Virus record (IMG/VR): IMGVR_UViG_3300044535_000502
Source of the DNA: a virus
Lineage: Duplodnaviria > Heunggongvirae > Uroviricota > Caudoviricetes
DNA: 64,000 bases
Strand: one strand, 5' to 3'
The translations under genes were made by a program, and so were the position numbers. A model generated the notes under the pieces. The model ran no database searches. It saw only the letters and a list, made by a program, of their open reading frames with translations, and was not told the origin of the DNA. This document shows positions 9,425 through 18,745 of this stretch, piece after piece (the stretch's first letter is position 1; every line of letters starts with the position of its first letter).

Positions 9425-9907
9425 ATGACATTAGGACGTATAAACTTTGGACCATTGGTCCCACAAACTGTCGGCTTTGATCGTTTCTTTGATGCATTCG
9501 ATCAACTCGCACTAGAAAAACTTCCAGCAAACACTTTTCCACCACATAACATCGTCAAGCTAGACGACAACAATTATTTGGTTGAACTTGCTGTTGCGGG
9601 ATTCTCGGAAGACGAAATCGAAATCGAGACACTAAAGGGTGAATTGACCATCACAGGCAAGAAAGCTACTGTGGATGAGAATCGTTCTTATTTGCATCGA
9701 GGCATCGGTACTCGCGCATTCAAGAAAGTTGTTCGCCTGGCGGACACGGTTCAGGTGGATGGAGCGGGTCTGGAGAACGGTATTCTGACCGTCAAGCTAG
9801 TGAACGTCATTCCTGAGGAAAAGCTGCCAAAACGCATTCCAATCGCTTCTGGTGGTAACGATAAAGTACTCAAATCTACCAAAAATAAAACTCTTCTTCA
9901 AGAGTAA
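9425..9907 (+). CDS. hsp20: small heat shock protein (Hsp20/alpha-crystallin family)
   Basis: The alpha-crystallin domain pattern is present: PPHNIVKLDDNNYLVELAVAGFSEDEIEIE...LTITGKK...GILTVKL. The start was chosen at MTLGRINF, which follows an AGGAG ribosome-binding site. Confidence 0.88.
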   Translation: MTLGRINFGPLVPQTVGFDRFFDAFDQLALEKLPANTFPPHNIVKLDDNNYLVELAVAGFSEDEIEIETLKGELTITGKKATVDENRSYLHRGIGTRAFKKVVRLADTVQVDGAGLENGILTVKLVNVIPEEKLPKRIPIASGGNDKVLKSTKNKTLLQE

Positions 9908-9910
9908 TAC

Positions 9911-9955
9911 TTGACAGGAAAGCCTTTCTGTGCTATACTAACAGCATAGAAAGGC
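9911..9955 (+). promoter_or_regulatory. sigma70-like promoter (TTGACA-17-TATACT) overlapping a 13-bp stem-loop; it may also act as the hsp20 terminator
   Basis: TTGACAggaaagcctttctgtgcTATACT. gcctttctgtgct/agcatagaaaggc forms a hairpin followed by a T-rich run, 10 nt upstream of the phosphoesterase ATG. Confidence 0.5.
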
Positions 9956-9965
9956 ATCTTATATT

Positions 9966-10883
9966 ATGAAAATTGCACTCGCATCCGATCTACACCTAGA
10001 ATTCGGAACAATCTCCCTCCAAAACACAGAAAACGCCGATGTTCTGATTCTTTCAGGTGACATTTGCTTAGCCAATGAGTTGAACGACCAGGATGTCCAT
10101 AATCTGTTGGGCGCATCCGACAAGTCTAATCGATATCACACATTCTTCCAAGAATGCTCCGAGCGATTTCCTACAGTCTTGTATGTTGCTGGCAACCATG
10201 AACACTATCATGGTGATTATGCACTGTCTCTTCCCAGACTCAAAGAGAAACTTGGATATCTGAAAAATCTACACATTCTAGACCGTGAATATGTTACAGT
10301 AAATGGTGTGACATTTATTGGCGGCACTTTGTGGACAGATATGAACAATGGTGATGCACTAACATTATACCATGTTCGTAGCATGATGAACGATTTCCGC
10401 ATTGTTAAAAATAGCAAGCGCGTAGTCACTCGTAAAGTTCCTGTATACAAACGTGGCGATGATGGCCAATACGTACTTGATGAAAAAGGAATGGCGATTC
10501 CTGATGGATTCAAATTCAAAGAAGATATTGCGTCATTCAGCCCAGAAGATGCATATGCGGATCATGTAGCCATGAAGGAATATATTCGCCATGTTATTGA
10601 GGGAATGTTTGATGAAAAATTTGTAGTTGTGGGTCACCACGCTCCATGTAAATTGTCAACAAAGCCACAATATCAAAACGATGTGATGATGAATGGTGCA
10701 TACTCTTCTGACTTGTCAGAGTTTATTCTTGATCATCCACAGATCAAACTATGGACACACGGTCATACACATGATCGTTTTGACTACATGATCGGCTCAA
10801 CTCGCATTGTATGTAATCCACGCGGATACATCAATTATGAAGATTGCGCTGATCGTTTTGAACTTCAATACCTTGACATATGA
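9966..10883 (+). CDS. calcineurin-like metallophosphoesterase
   Basis: Motifs D-x-H (ASDLHLE), GD (LSGDICL), GNHE (VAGNHEHY), and GHHAP / GHTH histidine motifs. 305 aa. Confidence 0.7.
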   Translation: MKIALASDLHLEFGTISLQNTENADVLILSGDICLANELNDQDVHNLLGASDKSNRYHTFFQECSERFPTVLYVAGNHEHYHGDYALSLPRLKEKLGYLKNLHILDREYVTVNGVTFIGGTLWTDMNNGDALTLYHVRSMMNDFRIVKNSKRVVTRKVPVYKRGDDGQYVLDEKGMAIPDGFKFKEDIASFSPEDAYADHVAMKEYIRHVIEGMFDEKFVVVGHHAPCKLSTKPQYQNDVMMNGAYSSDLSEFILDHPQIKLWTHGHTHDRFDYMIGSTRIVCNPRGYINYEDCADRFELQYLDI

Positions 10884-11275
10884 TTGATTGCTTAATTCTT
10901 GGTGACAGTATTGCAGTAGGAACACACATGGCTAGACCGGAGTGTGTTGTACATGCAAAAACTGGTTGGAACAGTATGCAGTGGAATCGTAACTATCTAA
11001 AAAATGATTTATCTGCAAAGACTGTGATCATTAGTTTAGGTAGCAATGATCATAATGGCATTAGAACTAAAGCAGAGCTTCAACGTATTCGTGAGAAAGT
11101 TGGAACAGCTAGAGTTTTTTGGATTTTACCTGCAATAAAACCAGACATTCAGATGATGATCCAAGATGTGTCAAAAGAGTATGGTGACACCGTTCTTCCA
11201 ATTACAGGATTGAGTAAAGATGGCGTTCATCCTACCACTTCAGGTTATAAACAAATTGCGGAGAAAACAAAATGA
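10880..11275 (+). CDS. SGNH/GDSL-family hydrolase-like protein
   Basis: An N-terminal LILGDSIAVG (GDSxxxG) motif and a C-terminal DGVHPT (DxxH) motif. 131 aa. Confidence 0.45.
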   Translation: MIDCLILGDSIAVGTHMARPECVVHAKTGWNSMQWNRNYLKNDLSAKTVIISLGSNDHNGIRTKAELQRIREKVGTARVFWILPAIKPDIQMMIQDVSKEYGDTVLPITGLSKDGVHPTTSGYKQIAEKTK

Positions 11276-11305
11276 CTGCATGTTCAACTAACATACATAA
11301 TTGCT

Positions 11306-11734
11306 ATGAAGACAAAGCACATTGAAGCATTCATGACGACTGCTGAAACATTTGCTAACTGTTCAACCGCAGTTAGATTGCAGGTCGGTGCTATCGTTGT
11401 AAAAGATGATAGAATTATATCCATCGGATATAACGGCATGCCATCTGGCTGGGACAATACATGTGAGAATATTGTTGGTTATGATAAGGGTGCACCCGTA
11501 CTAAAAACAAAACCAGAGGTATTACATGCAGAAACCAACGCAATTGCAAAACTGGCAAAAAGTACCGAGTCTGGCGACGGTGCTACTATGTTTATCACTC
11601 ATGCCCCTTGTATTGATTGCGCCAAACTTGTTTTTCAAAGTGGTATCTCTTCTGTGTATTATCGTAATCATTATCGTAATGCTGATGGCGTTCAGTTCTT
11701 GGAGAGAGCCGGAGTGAAAGTGGAAAAATTATGA
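11306..11734 (+). CDS. cd: dCMP deaminase
   Basis: HAETNAI (H-A-E zinc ligand and catalytic Glu) and PCIDCAK (PCxxC) motifs. 142 aa. Confidence 0.85.
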   Translation: MKTKHIEAFMTTAETFANCSTAVRLQVGAIVVKDDRIISIGYNGMPSGWDNTCENIVGYDKGAPVLKTKPEVLHAETNAIAKLAKSTESGDGATMFITHAPCIDCAKLVFQSGISSVYYRNHYRNADGVQFLERAGVKVEKL

Positions 11735-12045
11735 ACATGCGAAGAAATTTTTTAAAAGGTGCAGGCATCATCGGTGCATTCGCTGTGGGTGCAGCATCTT
11801 ATAGGCAAGTAAAAGAGATTGGAGAAGCCAATCGTGATATTACACATCTTGCACCACCGAAAACTGCTTACACGCTACAACTTACTGGATCATATGATGA
11901 ACCAAAAGCTCCAGCTAGTCCTTATGGAATTCAATTTCATTCTAATCCGCGTGTGACAAACTCTGTTGCAATGGCTGTGGGAAAAGATGACAGATTGTGG
12001 ATGAAAATTGGTGATGAATGGAAGAGGGTGTCAATTGAAGGATAA
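11731..12045 (+). CDS. small exported protein with a twin-arginine (Tat) signal peptide
   Basis: MNMRRNFLKGAGIIGAFAVGAA matches the Tat consensus (S/T)RRxFLK followed by a hydrophobic region. Confidence 0.45.
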   Translation: MNMRRNFLKGAGIIGAFAVGAASYRQVKEIGEANRDITHLAPPKTAYTLQLTGSYDEPKAPASPYGIQFHSNPRVTNSVAMAVGKDDRLWMKIGDEWKRVSIEG

Positions 12046-12553
12046 AACTTATAGTGCTGAAATCGTGGAGATTCTGGATAATGGTGATGCCATTCTACAG
12101 TTGCCTGATGATTTGGTGCAAGACATGGGTTGGTACGAAGGTACCAGATTAAATATTAGTATGGAAAATGGAGCAATTATTTTGAAAAAACTGAACACCG
12201 ACATGAATCAGGACGTGAATACATTCATTGATGCATGTGACCAACTGCCTAGCAAAGAAAATGTTAGCTTGTATCGTAATCTGATCAATGAAGAGTATTG
12301 GGAATTTCAAGACGCAATGAAAGCCAATGATGAGGTTGAACAACTTGATGCTTGCATGGACATGATCTGGGTTATCTTGGGTTACTGCAAGATGAAAGGT
12401 TACGATGTTGATGGAGCATGGGCTGAGGTTGCGCGAAGTAACTTAGCCAAAATTGATTTGGTAACTGGTAAAGTTATCAAACGTGCGGATGGTAAAGTTC
12501 TAAAACCTGAGGGTTGGACTGCTCCAGAGCTTGCACCTTTCGTGAAAGCCTGA
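12008..12553 (+). CDS. AbrB/SpoVT-like N-terminal domain fused to a MazG-like NTP pyrophosphohydrolase domain
   Basis: N-terminus ...AEIVEILDNGDAILQLPDDLVQDMGW.. resembles the AbrB swapped-hairpin fold. C-terminus EEYWEFQDAM...DACMDMIWVILGYCKMKGYD is MazG-like. The start is uncertain because it overlaps the upstream gene by 38 nt. Confidence 0.4.
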   Translation: MVMNGRGCQLKDKTYSAEIVEILDNGDAILQLPDDLVQDMGWYEGTRLNISMENGAIILKKLNTDMNQDVNTFIDACDQLPSKENVSLYRNLINEEYWEFQDAMKANDEVEQLDACMDMIWVILGYCKMKGYDVDGAWAEVARSNLAKIDLVTGKVIKRADGKVLKPEGWTAPELAPFVKA

Positions 12554-12557
12554 TATA

Positions 12558-12836
12558 ATGAACGAAGATACCAGAGAGATACTGCTGATTCTCCAAGAAG
12601 AATGTGCAGAGGTAACTCAAGCAATCAGTAAGTGCTTTCGTTTCGGTCCTGACCAGATAAAACCTGGTAAAGATTGTACGAATATCCAGATGCTCCAAGA
12701 AGAATTGGGTGATCTGTTAGCCATGATTGATTTGCTTGTGAAAAAAGATGTTGGTGTAGAATGGAAAGGACTAATGCTTGCTAAACAATATAAATTTGAA
12801 AAACTTAAACAATGGAGTAACATCGAAATTGAATAA
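12558..12836 (+). CDS. mazG: MazG-like nucleotide pyrophosphohydrolase
   Basis: ILLILQEECAEVTQAI...QEELGDLLAMIDLLV carries the MazG EExxE...ExxD signature. 92 aa. Confidence 0.55.
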   Translation: MNEDTREILLILQEECAEVTQAISKCFRFGPDQIKPGKDCTNIQMLQEELGDLLAMIDLLVKKDVGVEWKGLMLAKQYKFEKLKQWSNIEIE

Positions 12837-13077
12837 TATCGATACATCGAAGCTAGCCTATAAATTGGCTGTAGCAAATAATCTGCAAGCATACAAGTAT
12901 GACTTGTTTCTGCGTGAGTTTGACAACATGGTCGAGCTTGTTGGTCTGGTCAATGATCCAACATTGAACATCAATGACTTCCGCGGTCGTGAAATGTTGT
13001 TTCCCAAGAAGTGGGTAACACTGAAAACATTTTTCGGTGAAGCTAATGTCAACAAGTTGCTGGAGCCAGCACGATGA
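12778..13077 (+). CDS. hypothetical protein (start uncertain)
   Basis: 99 aa ORF. It overlaps the upstream gene, and an in-frame TTG near 12829 is a possible alternative start. Confidence 0.25.
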   Translation: MLNNINLKNLNNGVTSKLNNIDTSKLAYKLAVANNLQAYKYDLFLREFDNMVELVGLVNDPTLNINDFRGREMLFPKKWVTLKTFFGEANVNKLLEPAR

Positions 13078-13376
13078 CATTGAAACTTGTTACCTTCAAA
13101 ACCAATCAGACGGTTCTTGGTGATGTTGAGCAAGAGTATGCTGGCGACTTGATTGTTATCAAGAAGCCTGTCCAAGTCGCAACTCAAGTAACCAAAGATG
13201 GTCCAATGCTTGGATTTATTCCATACCTAGAATATGCACAAGAGTTTGAAACTGGCATCACAATCTATCGCAGTGACATTCTTACCATCAATTCACCTGT
13301 GCGTGAGCTAGAAAATCAGTATAATACAATGTTCGGATCAGGCATCCAGATTGCATCAACAATTCCAAAATATTAA
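13074..13376 (+). CDS. hypothetical protein
   Basis: 100 aa. ATGA overlap at both ends, immediately upstream of the DNA polymerase. Confidence 0.35.
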   Translation: MTLKLVTFKTNQTVLGDVEQEYAGDLIVIKKPVQVATQVTKDGPMLGFIPYLEYAQEFETGITIYRSDILTINSPVRELENQYNTMFGSGIQIASTIPKY

Positions 13377-15926
13377 ATGAGCAACTTTTACACAAACGTA
13401 ATCAGTATTGGCAACAATATTCTTTATCGTGGTGTAGAAAACGGGCGGCGAGTAAAGATGAAAATTGCTTACTCGCCGTCACTGTTTTTGACTACCAATA
13501 AACAAACACAATGGAAGAATCTTCAAGGTGAGTACCTTGATGAAATCAAGCCTGGGTCCATTCGTGAGTGCCGAGATTTCATCGAAAAGTATGACGGTGT
13601 TCAGAACTTCAAGATTTTTGGCATGACCAAGTATGAGTACGCATTTATTGCGGACGAACATAAGGGTATGGTCGATTGGAAGCAAGAAAACATTGCTATT
13701 GATATCATCGATATTGAAGTTGGCTCAGAGAATGGTTTTCCTGATCCATATAAAGCCAATGAGCCTATCACTGCTATCGCAGTGAAGCGAATCGGTGGGC
13801 ACATGAAAGTGTATGGTTGCGGTAATTTCAACAACTATAATGATAACGTCACATATCTAAAGTGTCGTGATGAATATGATTTGTGTAAGAGATTCGTTGA
13901 AGATTGGTTTCATGACTGCCCAGATATCATAACTGGTTGGAACACCAAGTTCTTTGATATTCCATATCTGTACAACCGATTCATGAAGATTCTTGGTGAA
14001 GAGCAAACCAAGCGCCTTTCACCATGGAACATGATTCATGAGCGTAAGGCTGTTGTGAATGGTCGTGATATGACCGCGTATGAAATCAAAGGTGTTGCAT
14101 CGCTGGACTACATTGAATTGTACAAATGGTTTGCGCCAGGCGGTAAGTCACAAGAGTCATATCGTCTAGACAACATCGCCAACGTTGAGTTGGGTAAGAG
14201 CAAGCTGTCATATGATGAATTTGACAGTCTGCACCAACTGTATAAGATGAACTATCAAAAGTTCATTGAATACAACATCGTTGACGTTTTGCTGATTGAA
14301 GAGCTTGAAGACAAGTTGAAGTTGCTGGAGTTGTCGCTGACTCTTGCGTTTGATACCAAGTCTAATTTTGAAGATGTATTCACACAGACTCGCATGTGGG
14401 ATGCAATCATGCACAACTATCTACTGGAACGCAATATCATTGTTCCTCCTAAAGGTAGCACTAAGAAAGATGGTGCTTTTGAGGGTGCATATGTCAAAGA
14501 ACCACAGATTGGCCTACATAAGTGGGTCGCATCTTTTGACTTGAATTCGCTGTACCCGCATTTGATGATGCAATACAACATCTCGCCAGAAACTCTGATT
14601 GATCCAAAAGATTATACTCCTGCTATGCGCAAGATTTTATCTTCCAGTGTTGACGTTGAACGCCTGTTGAATCAGGAGATTGATTTCGCTGATCTTGATA
14701 ATGCTACATTGACGCCGAATGCACAATTCTTTCGCACAGATATCCAAGGCTTTGTGCCTAAGATGCTTGAGGACATGTACAATGATCGTAAGAAATTCAA
14801 GAAGATGATGTTGGGTGCGCAACAGGAATACGAGAATGAAAAAGATCCTGTTAAACGCACAGAATTGGAAAATAAAATTGCTAGATATAATAATCTGCAA
14901 CTTGCTAAGAAAGTTTCATTGAACTCTGCATATGGTGCTATGGGTTCACAGTACTTCCGTTTTTATGACTTGAGAATTGCGTTAGCCGTTACTCTTGCTG
15001 GTCAGTTGTCGATTCGCTGGATTGAAAATAAACTCAATGGCTACATGAATAGCCTACTGAAAACGAATGGAACTGATTATGTTATTGCATCGGATACGGA
15101 CTCGATATATCTCAGGCTTAATGAGCTTGTTACAAAGGTGTATGGTGCGCCAGATAAACTATCGCTACCTCCAGCAAAAGTCATCGAATTCATGGACCGT
15201 GTATGTGAAGATAAAATTCAACCGTTTATTGATAAGTCTTATCTTGACCTTGCTACGTATGTAAAAGCATTTGCACAGAAGATGCAAATGAAGCGTGAAG
15301 GCTTGTCTGATAAAGGTATCTGGACTGCTAAGAAGCGATATATTCTGAACGTGTACAACAACGAAGGTGTCCAGTATGCTGAACCACATATGAAAGTTAT
15401 GGGTTTGGAAATGGTCAAGTCATCAACTCCATCAGCTATCCGTGAAAAGATGAAGCAAACGATCAAGTTGATTGTTACCACTGATGAAGATACTGTGCAG
15501 AAATTCATTGAGGAATTCCGAAATGAGTTTGGTCAATTACCGCCTGAAGAGATATCATTTCCTCGTTCTGTGAATGGTCTAAACACATACTCAGACAGTA
15601 GCCAGATATATACTAAGGGTACACCAATTCATGTCAAGGGTGCGCTACTCTACAATTACCTTTTGAAAAAGCATGATCTGACCAAAAAGTATCAGGTAAT
15701 TCAAGAAGGTGAAAAGCTGAAATTTACATATCTACGTCAGCCGAACCCAATCAACGATACGGTAATCTCTTATCCATCTAGACTGCCTACTGAGTTTAGA
15801 CTTGACAACTACGTAGATTATGATGTACAATTCCAGAAAGCATATTTGGATCCAATTAAAATCATTCTTGATTGCATTGATTGGAAGCCAGAGAAAACAA
15901 ATTCACTTGAGAGCTTCTTTGGCTGA
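13377..15926 (+). CDS. 43: family B DNA polymerase (T4 gp43 homolog)
   Basis: Exonuclease motifs are present (DIEV.. exo I). Polymerase motif A is DLNSLYPHLMMQYN and motif C is YVIASDTDSIYL, and a KKRY motif is present. 849 aa. Confidence 0.95.
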   Translation: MSNFYTNVISIGNNILYRGVENGRRVKMKIAYSPSLFLTTNKQTQWKNLQGEYLDEIKPGSIRECRDFIEKYDGVQNFKIFGMTKYEYAFIADEHKGMVDWKQENIAIDIIDIEVGSENGFPDPYKANEPITAIAVKRIGGHMKVYGCGNFNNYNDNVTYLKCRDEYDLCKRFVEDWFHDCPDIITGWNTKFFDIPYLYNRFMKILGEEQTKRLSPWNMIHERKAVVNGRDMTAYEIKGVASLDYIELYKWFAPGGKSQESYRLDNIANVELGKSKLSYDEFDSLHQLYKMNYQKFIEYNIVDVLLIEELEDKLKLLELSLTLAFDTKSNFEDVFTQTRMWDAIMHNYLLERNIIVPPKGSTKKDGAFEGAYVKEPQIGLHKWVASFDLNSLYPHLMMQYNISPETLIDPKDYTPAMRKILSSSVDVERLLNQEIDFADLDNATLTPNAQFFRTDIQGFVPKMLEDMYNDRKKFKKMMLGAQQEYENEKDPVKRTELENKIARYNNLQLAKKVSLNSAYGAMGSQYFRFYDLRIALAVTLAGQLSIRWIENKLNGYMNSLLKTNGTDYVIASDTDSIYLRLNELVTKVYGAPDKLSLPPAKVIEFMDRVCEDKIQPFIDKSYLDLATYVKAFAQKMQMKREGLSDKGIWTAKKRYILNVYNNEGVQYAEPHMKVMGLEMVKSSTPSAIREKMKQTIKLIVTTDEDTVQKFIEEFRNEFGQLPPEEISFPRSVNGLNTYSDSSQIYTKGTPIHVKGALLYNYLLKKHDLTKKYQVIQEGEKLKFTYLRQPNPINDTVISYPSRLPTEFRLDNYVDYDVQFQKAYLDPIKIILDCIDWKPEKTNSLESFFG

Positions 15927-15948
15927 TGTGCTGACAATAAATAATGAT

Positions 15949-15975
15949 AAGAGGGATAGTTTCCCTCTATAAAAT
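15949..15975 (+). terminator. rho-independent terminator after gene 43
   Basis: agagggatagtttccctct forms a hairpin followed by ATAAAATAAT. Confidence 0.55.
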
Positions 15976-16008
15976 AATCAACAATATAACAAACGAAACG
16001 GAGTAAAT

Positions 16009-17064
16009 ATGAGTTTGCTTGAGAAAATGAAAAAAATCAATTCGTTGAAAAATACGGAACTGCTAAGTGAGTCTTCTTTTTTCAATAAAAAAGAATGTGT
16101 CGCAACAAGTGTTCCCATTATCAACATCGCACTATCTTCTGAAGTTGACGGTGGTCTAAGTTCTGGTCTAACTTTTTTAGCTGGTCCATCTCGTCACTTC
16201 AAGTCGCTTTTGGGATTAGTGATGGTAAAAGCATATATGGATCATCACAAGGATTCTATATGTTTATTTTATGATTCTGAGTTCGGAATCACACCAGAAT
16301 ATATCAAAACCAATGGTATAGACACTGAACGGGTGTTACATATACCAATTGAACACCTTGAACACCTGAAGTTTGATTTATCAAAGCGACTTGAAGCACT
16401 TGAGCGGGGCGATAAAGTTGTTATCTTTATAGATTCTGTTGGTAACCTGGCATCCAAAAAAGAGGTTGAAGATGCTCTTGATGGTAAATCAGTGGCTGAC
16501 ATGACTCGGGCCCGTGTGATGAAATCATTATGGAGAATTGTTACTCCGCATCTGACAACTAAAGACATTCCTTGTATTGCTGTAAATCACACATACCAAA
16601 CTATGGAATTGTATTCCAAATCTGTTATGAGTGGTGGCACTGGTGGAATGTATTCCGCTAATCAGGTATTCATTATCGGTAAAGCGCAAGAGAAAGAAGG
16701 ATCAGATTTGGTAGGATATAATTTTACTATCAACATTGAAAAGTCTAGATTCGTCCGTGAAAAATCTAAATTTCCTTTCTTAGTCACTTTTGAGGGTGGT
16801 ATTCAGAAATATTCAGGCTTGATGGATATTGCACTTGAAGGTAACTTTGTGCAGAAGCCAAGCAATGGATGGTATGCAAAGGTTGACCAAGAGACTGGTG
16901 AATTAGGTGATAAAAAGCGTTTGGCAGACACGGATAATGCAGAGTATTGGGAACCACTGTTAGCTGATGCTAAATTCAAAGATTATGTGAAAGGTAAATA
17001 TGGGATTGCTTACGGAAGCCTTTTGGCAGAAACTCCTGTTCTGGAGAGCGCCGAAGTCAATTGA
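16009..17064 (+). CDS. uvsX: recombinase UvsX (RecA-like)
   Basis: Extensive identity to T4 UvsX: FYDSEFGITPEY, VIFIDSVGNLASKKE, IPCIAVNHTYQT, GGTG.MYSA. 351 aa. Confidence 0.95.
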   Translation: MSLLEKMKKINSLKNTELLSESSFFNKKECVATSVPIINIALSSEVDGGLSSGLTFLAGPSRHFKSLLGLVMVKAYMDHHKDSICLFYDSEFGITPEYIKTNGIDTERVLHIPIEHLEHLKFDLSKRLEALERGDKVVIFIDSVGNLASKKEVEDALDGKSVADMTRARVMKSLWRIVTPHLTTKDIPCIAVNHTYQTMELYSKSVMSGGTGGMYSANQVFIIGKAQEKEGSDLVGYNFTINIEKSRFVREKSKFPFLVTFEGGIQKYSGLMDIALEGNFVQKPSNGWYAKVDQETGELGDKKRLADTDNAEYWEPLLADAKFKDYVKGKYGIAYGSLLAETPVLESAEVN

Positions 17065-17368
17065 GGTCGGGAAGGACTTTTCCTTCCACGACTTTGAAGA
17101 TAGTGATTTGACTGGTATCCTCATACTCCGACCAGAGTATGAGGGTGTCATTTATTATTATACTAATGCCAGCATAGAAGAAGTTGGCATGGGCGCAAGA
17201 CTCAAGTTTGGTTATCAAGTTGTCAAACCTGGTAATCACAACAAAAAAGACTTAGAAAATAGTGAGGAATTTGTTACAATGATAGGTGACATCCTCTCTC
17301 AAATTATTTTAACGGAAACACAAATTGAATCGCCTAGAAAAATCTATTCTGAAGAGTCTGATTTATAA
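17000..17368 (+). CDS. hypothetical protein (start uncertain; overlaps the uvsX 3' end)
   Basis: 122 aa ORF between uvsX and gene 41. Confidence 0.25.
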   Translation: MGLLTEAFWQKLLFWRAPKSIEVGKDFSFHDFEDSDLTGILILRPEYEGVIYYYTNASIEEVGMGARLKFGYQVVKPGNHNKKDLENSEEFVTMIGDILSQIILTETQIESPRKIYSEESDL

Positions 17369-18722
17369 TGAAGACTTTACCAGAAAAACAATACCTTTCA
17401 TTCAAGAGGAATACTTCTCTGATAACGTAGAGAAACTTGTATTCAATGAAGTTCGTGAGTTTCTGGACAAATACAAGAATTTGCCGACACATGAAGCATT
17501 GATTATTAATCTCACTGAGGGTAAGAATCATACCGAAGAGCAGGTTCGTGGCGCCATTGAGTTACTGAATGAAATTCATGAGCAACGTAATGAAGAAACC
17601 AACATTGATTGGTTGACTGACCAGACAGAAAAGTTTTGTCAGGACAAAGCAATCTACAATGCTATCATGGAATCTGTAACGATTCTTGATGATAAGAAAA
17701 GCACCAAAGGCAAAGGTGAGATTCCCAAGATTCTTGCTGATGCATTGGGTGTATCATTTGACCAGAACGTTGGTCATGACTACATCAGTGATTATGAAAG
17801 TCGTTTTGAATTCTATCACAGGAAAGAAGAACGTGTTCCGTTTGATCTGGATTACTTCAACAAAATCACCAAGGGTGGTTTGCCTAACAAGACACTGAAT
17901 ATTGCACTTGCTGGTACCGGTGTTGGTAAGAGTTTGTTCATGTGTCACGTTGCTGCTGGTTGTATCTCGGCTGGCACCGATGTGTTGTACATCACCATGG
18001 AAATGTCTGAGGAAAAGATTGCAGAACGAATCGATGCGAATCTGTTGAATATTGCAATCAATGATCTCCACGTTATCAGTAAAGATGAATATGTTCGCAG
18101 ATTCAAAGCTGTTCAGAACAAAGCACAAGGTAAGTTAGTCATCAAAGAGTATCCAACTGCGGCTGCTGGATCAATGCACTTCCGTTCACTGTTGAACGAA
18201 TTGCACCTGAAAAAGAACTTTCGACCAAAGATCATCTTTATCGACTATCTGAACATCTGCTGTTCCTCTAGAATGAAGATGGGTGCAAGTGTAAACTCAT
18301 ACACATACATCAAAGCTATTGCTGAAGAGTTGCGCGGCCTTGCAGTTGAATTCAACGTGCCTATCGTTTCTGCAACACAGACAACACGAAGTGGTTTCAG
18401 CAACTCAGACGTTGGCCTTGAAGATACCTCAGAATCATTTGGTTTGCCTGCAACTGCTGACTTTATGTTCGCATTGATCAGTACAGAAGAATTGCACCAA
18501 CTGAATCAAATCATGGTGAAACAACTCAAGAATCGATACAGTGATCCTAACGAGAATAAGAAATTCGTGATTGGTGTTGACAAATCCAAGATGAGGCTGT
18601 ATGATGTTGAGGATATTGCACAGAACATCATAGATTCTGGTCAAGTTGATGACAAGCCTATCAATACCTTTGGTAATCGTGAGCGTAAATTCAACTCAAA
18701 GTTCGAAGGTGTTCGTGTATAA
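17325..18722 (+). CDS. 41: replicative DNA helicase (T4 gp41 homolog, DnaB-like)
   Basis: Walker A motif LAGTGVGKS, ITMEMSEEKIAERIDANLL, and the C-terminus match T4 gp41. 465 aa. Confidence 0.95.
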   Translation: MNRLEKSILKSLIYNEDFTRKTIPFIQEEYFSDNVEKLVFNEVREFLDKYKNLPTHEALIINLTEGKNHTEEQVRGAIELLNEIHEQRNEETNIDWLTDQTEKFCQDKAIYNAIMESVTILDDKKSTKGKGEIPKILADALGVSFDQNVGHDYISDYESRFEFYHRKEERVPFDLDYFNKITKGGLPNKTLNIALAGTGVGKSLFMCHVAAGCISAGTDVLYITMEMSEEKIAERIDANLLNIAINDLHVISKDEYVRRFKAVQNKAQGKLVIKEYPTAAAGSMHFRSLLNELHLKKNFRPKIIFIDYLNICCSSRMKMGASVNSYTYIKAIAEELRGLAVEFNVPIVSATQTTRSGFSNSDVGLEDTSESFGLPATADFMFALISTEELHQLNQIMVKQLKNRYSDPNENKKFVIGVDKSKMRLYDVEDIAQNIIDSGQVDDKPINTFGNRERKFNSKFEGVRV

Positions 18723-18725
18723 ATA
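18718..18725 (+). promoter_or_regulatory. T4-type late promoter TATAAATA
   Basis: Exact TATAAATA match overlapping the gene 41 stop codon, 20 nt upstream of the next ORF. Confidence 0.5.
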
Positions 18726-18745
18726 TCCAATAAATGGAGATTTTT

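Noticed and set aside
13377-15926. Checked DNA polymerase, nrdA and gp41 for introns or inteins, which are frequent in T4-like phages.
   Set aside because: The reading frames are continuous, and motif order and spacing are normal. No insertion is visible.
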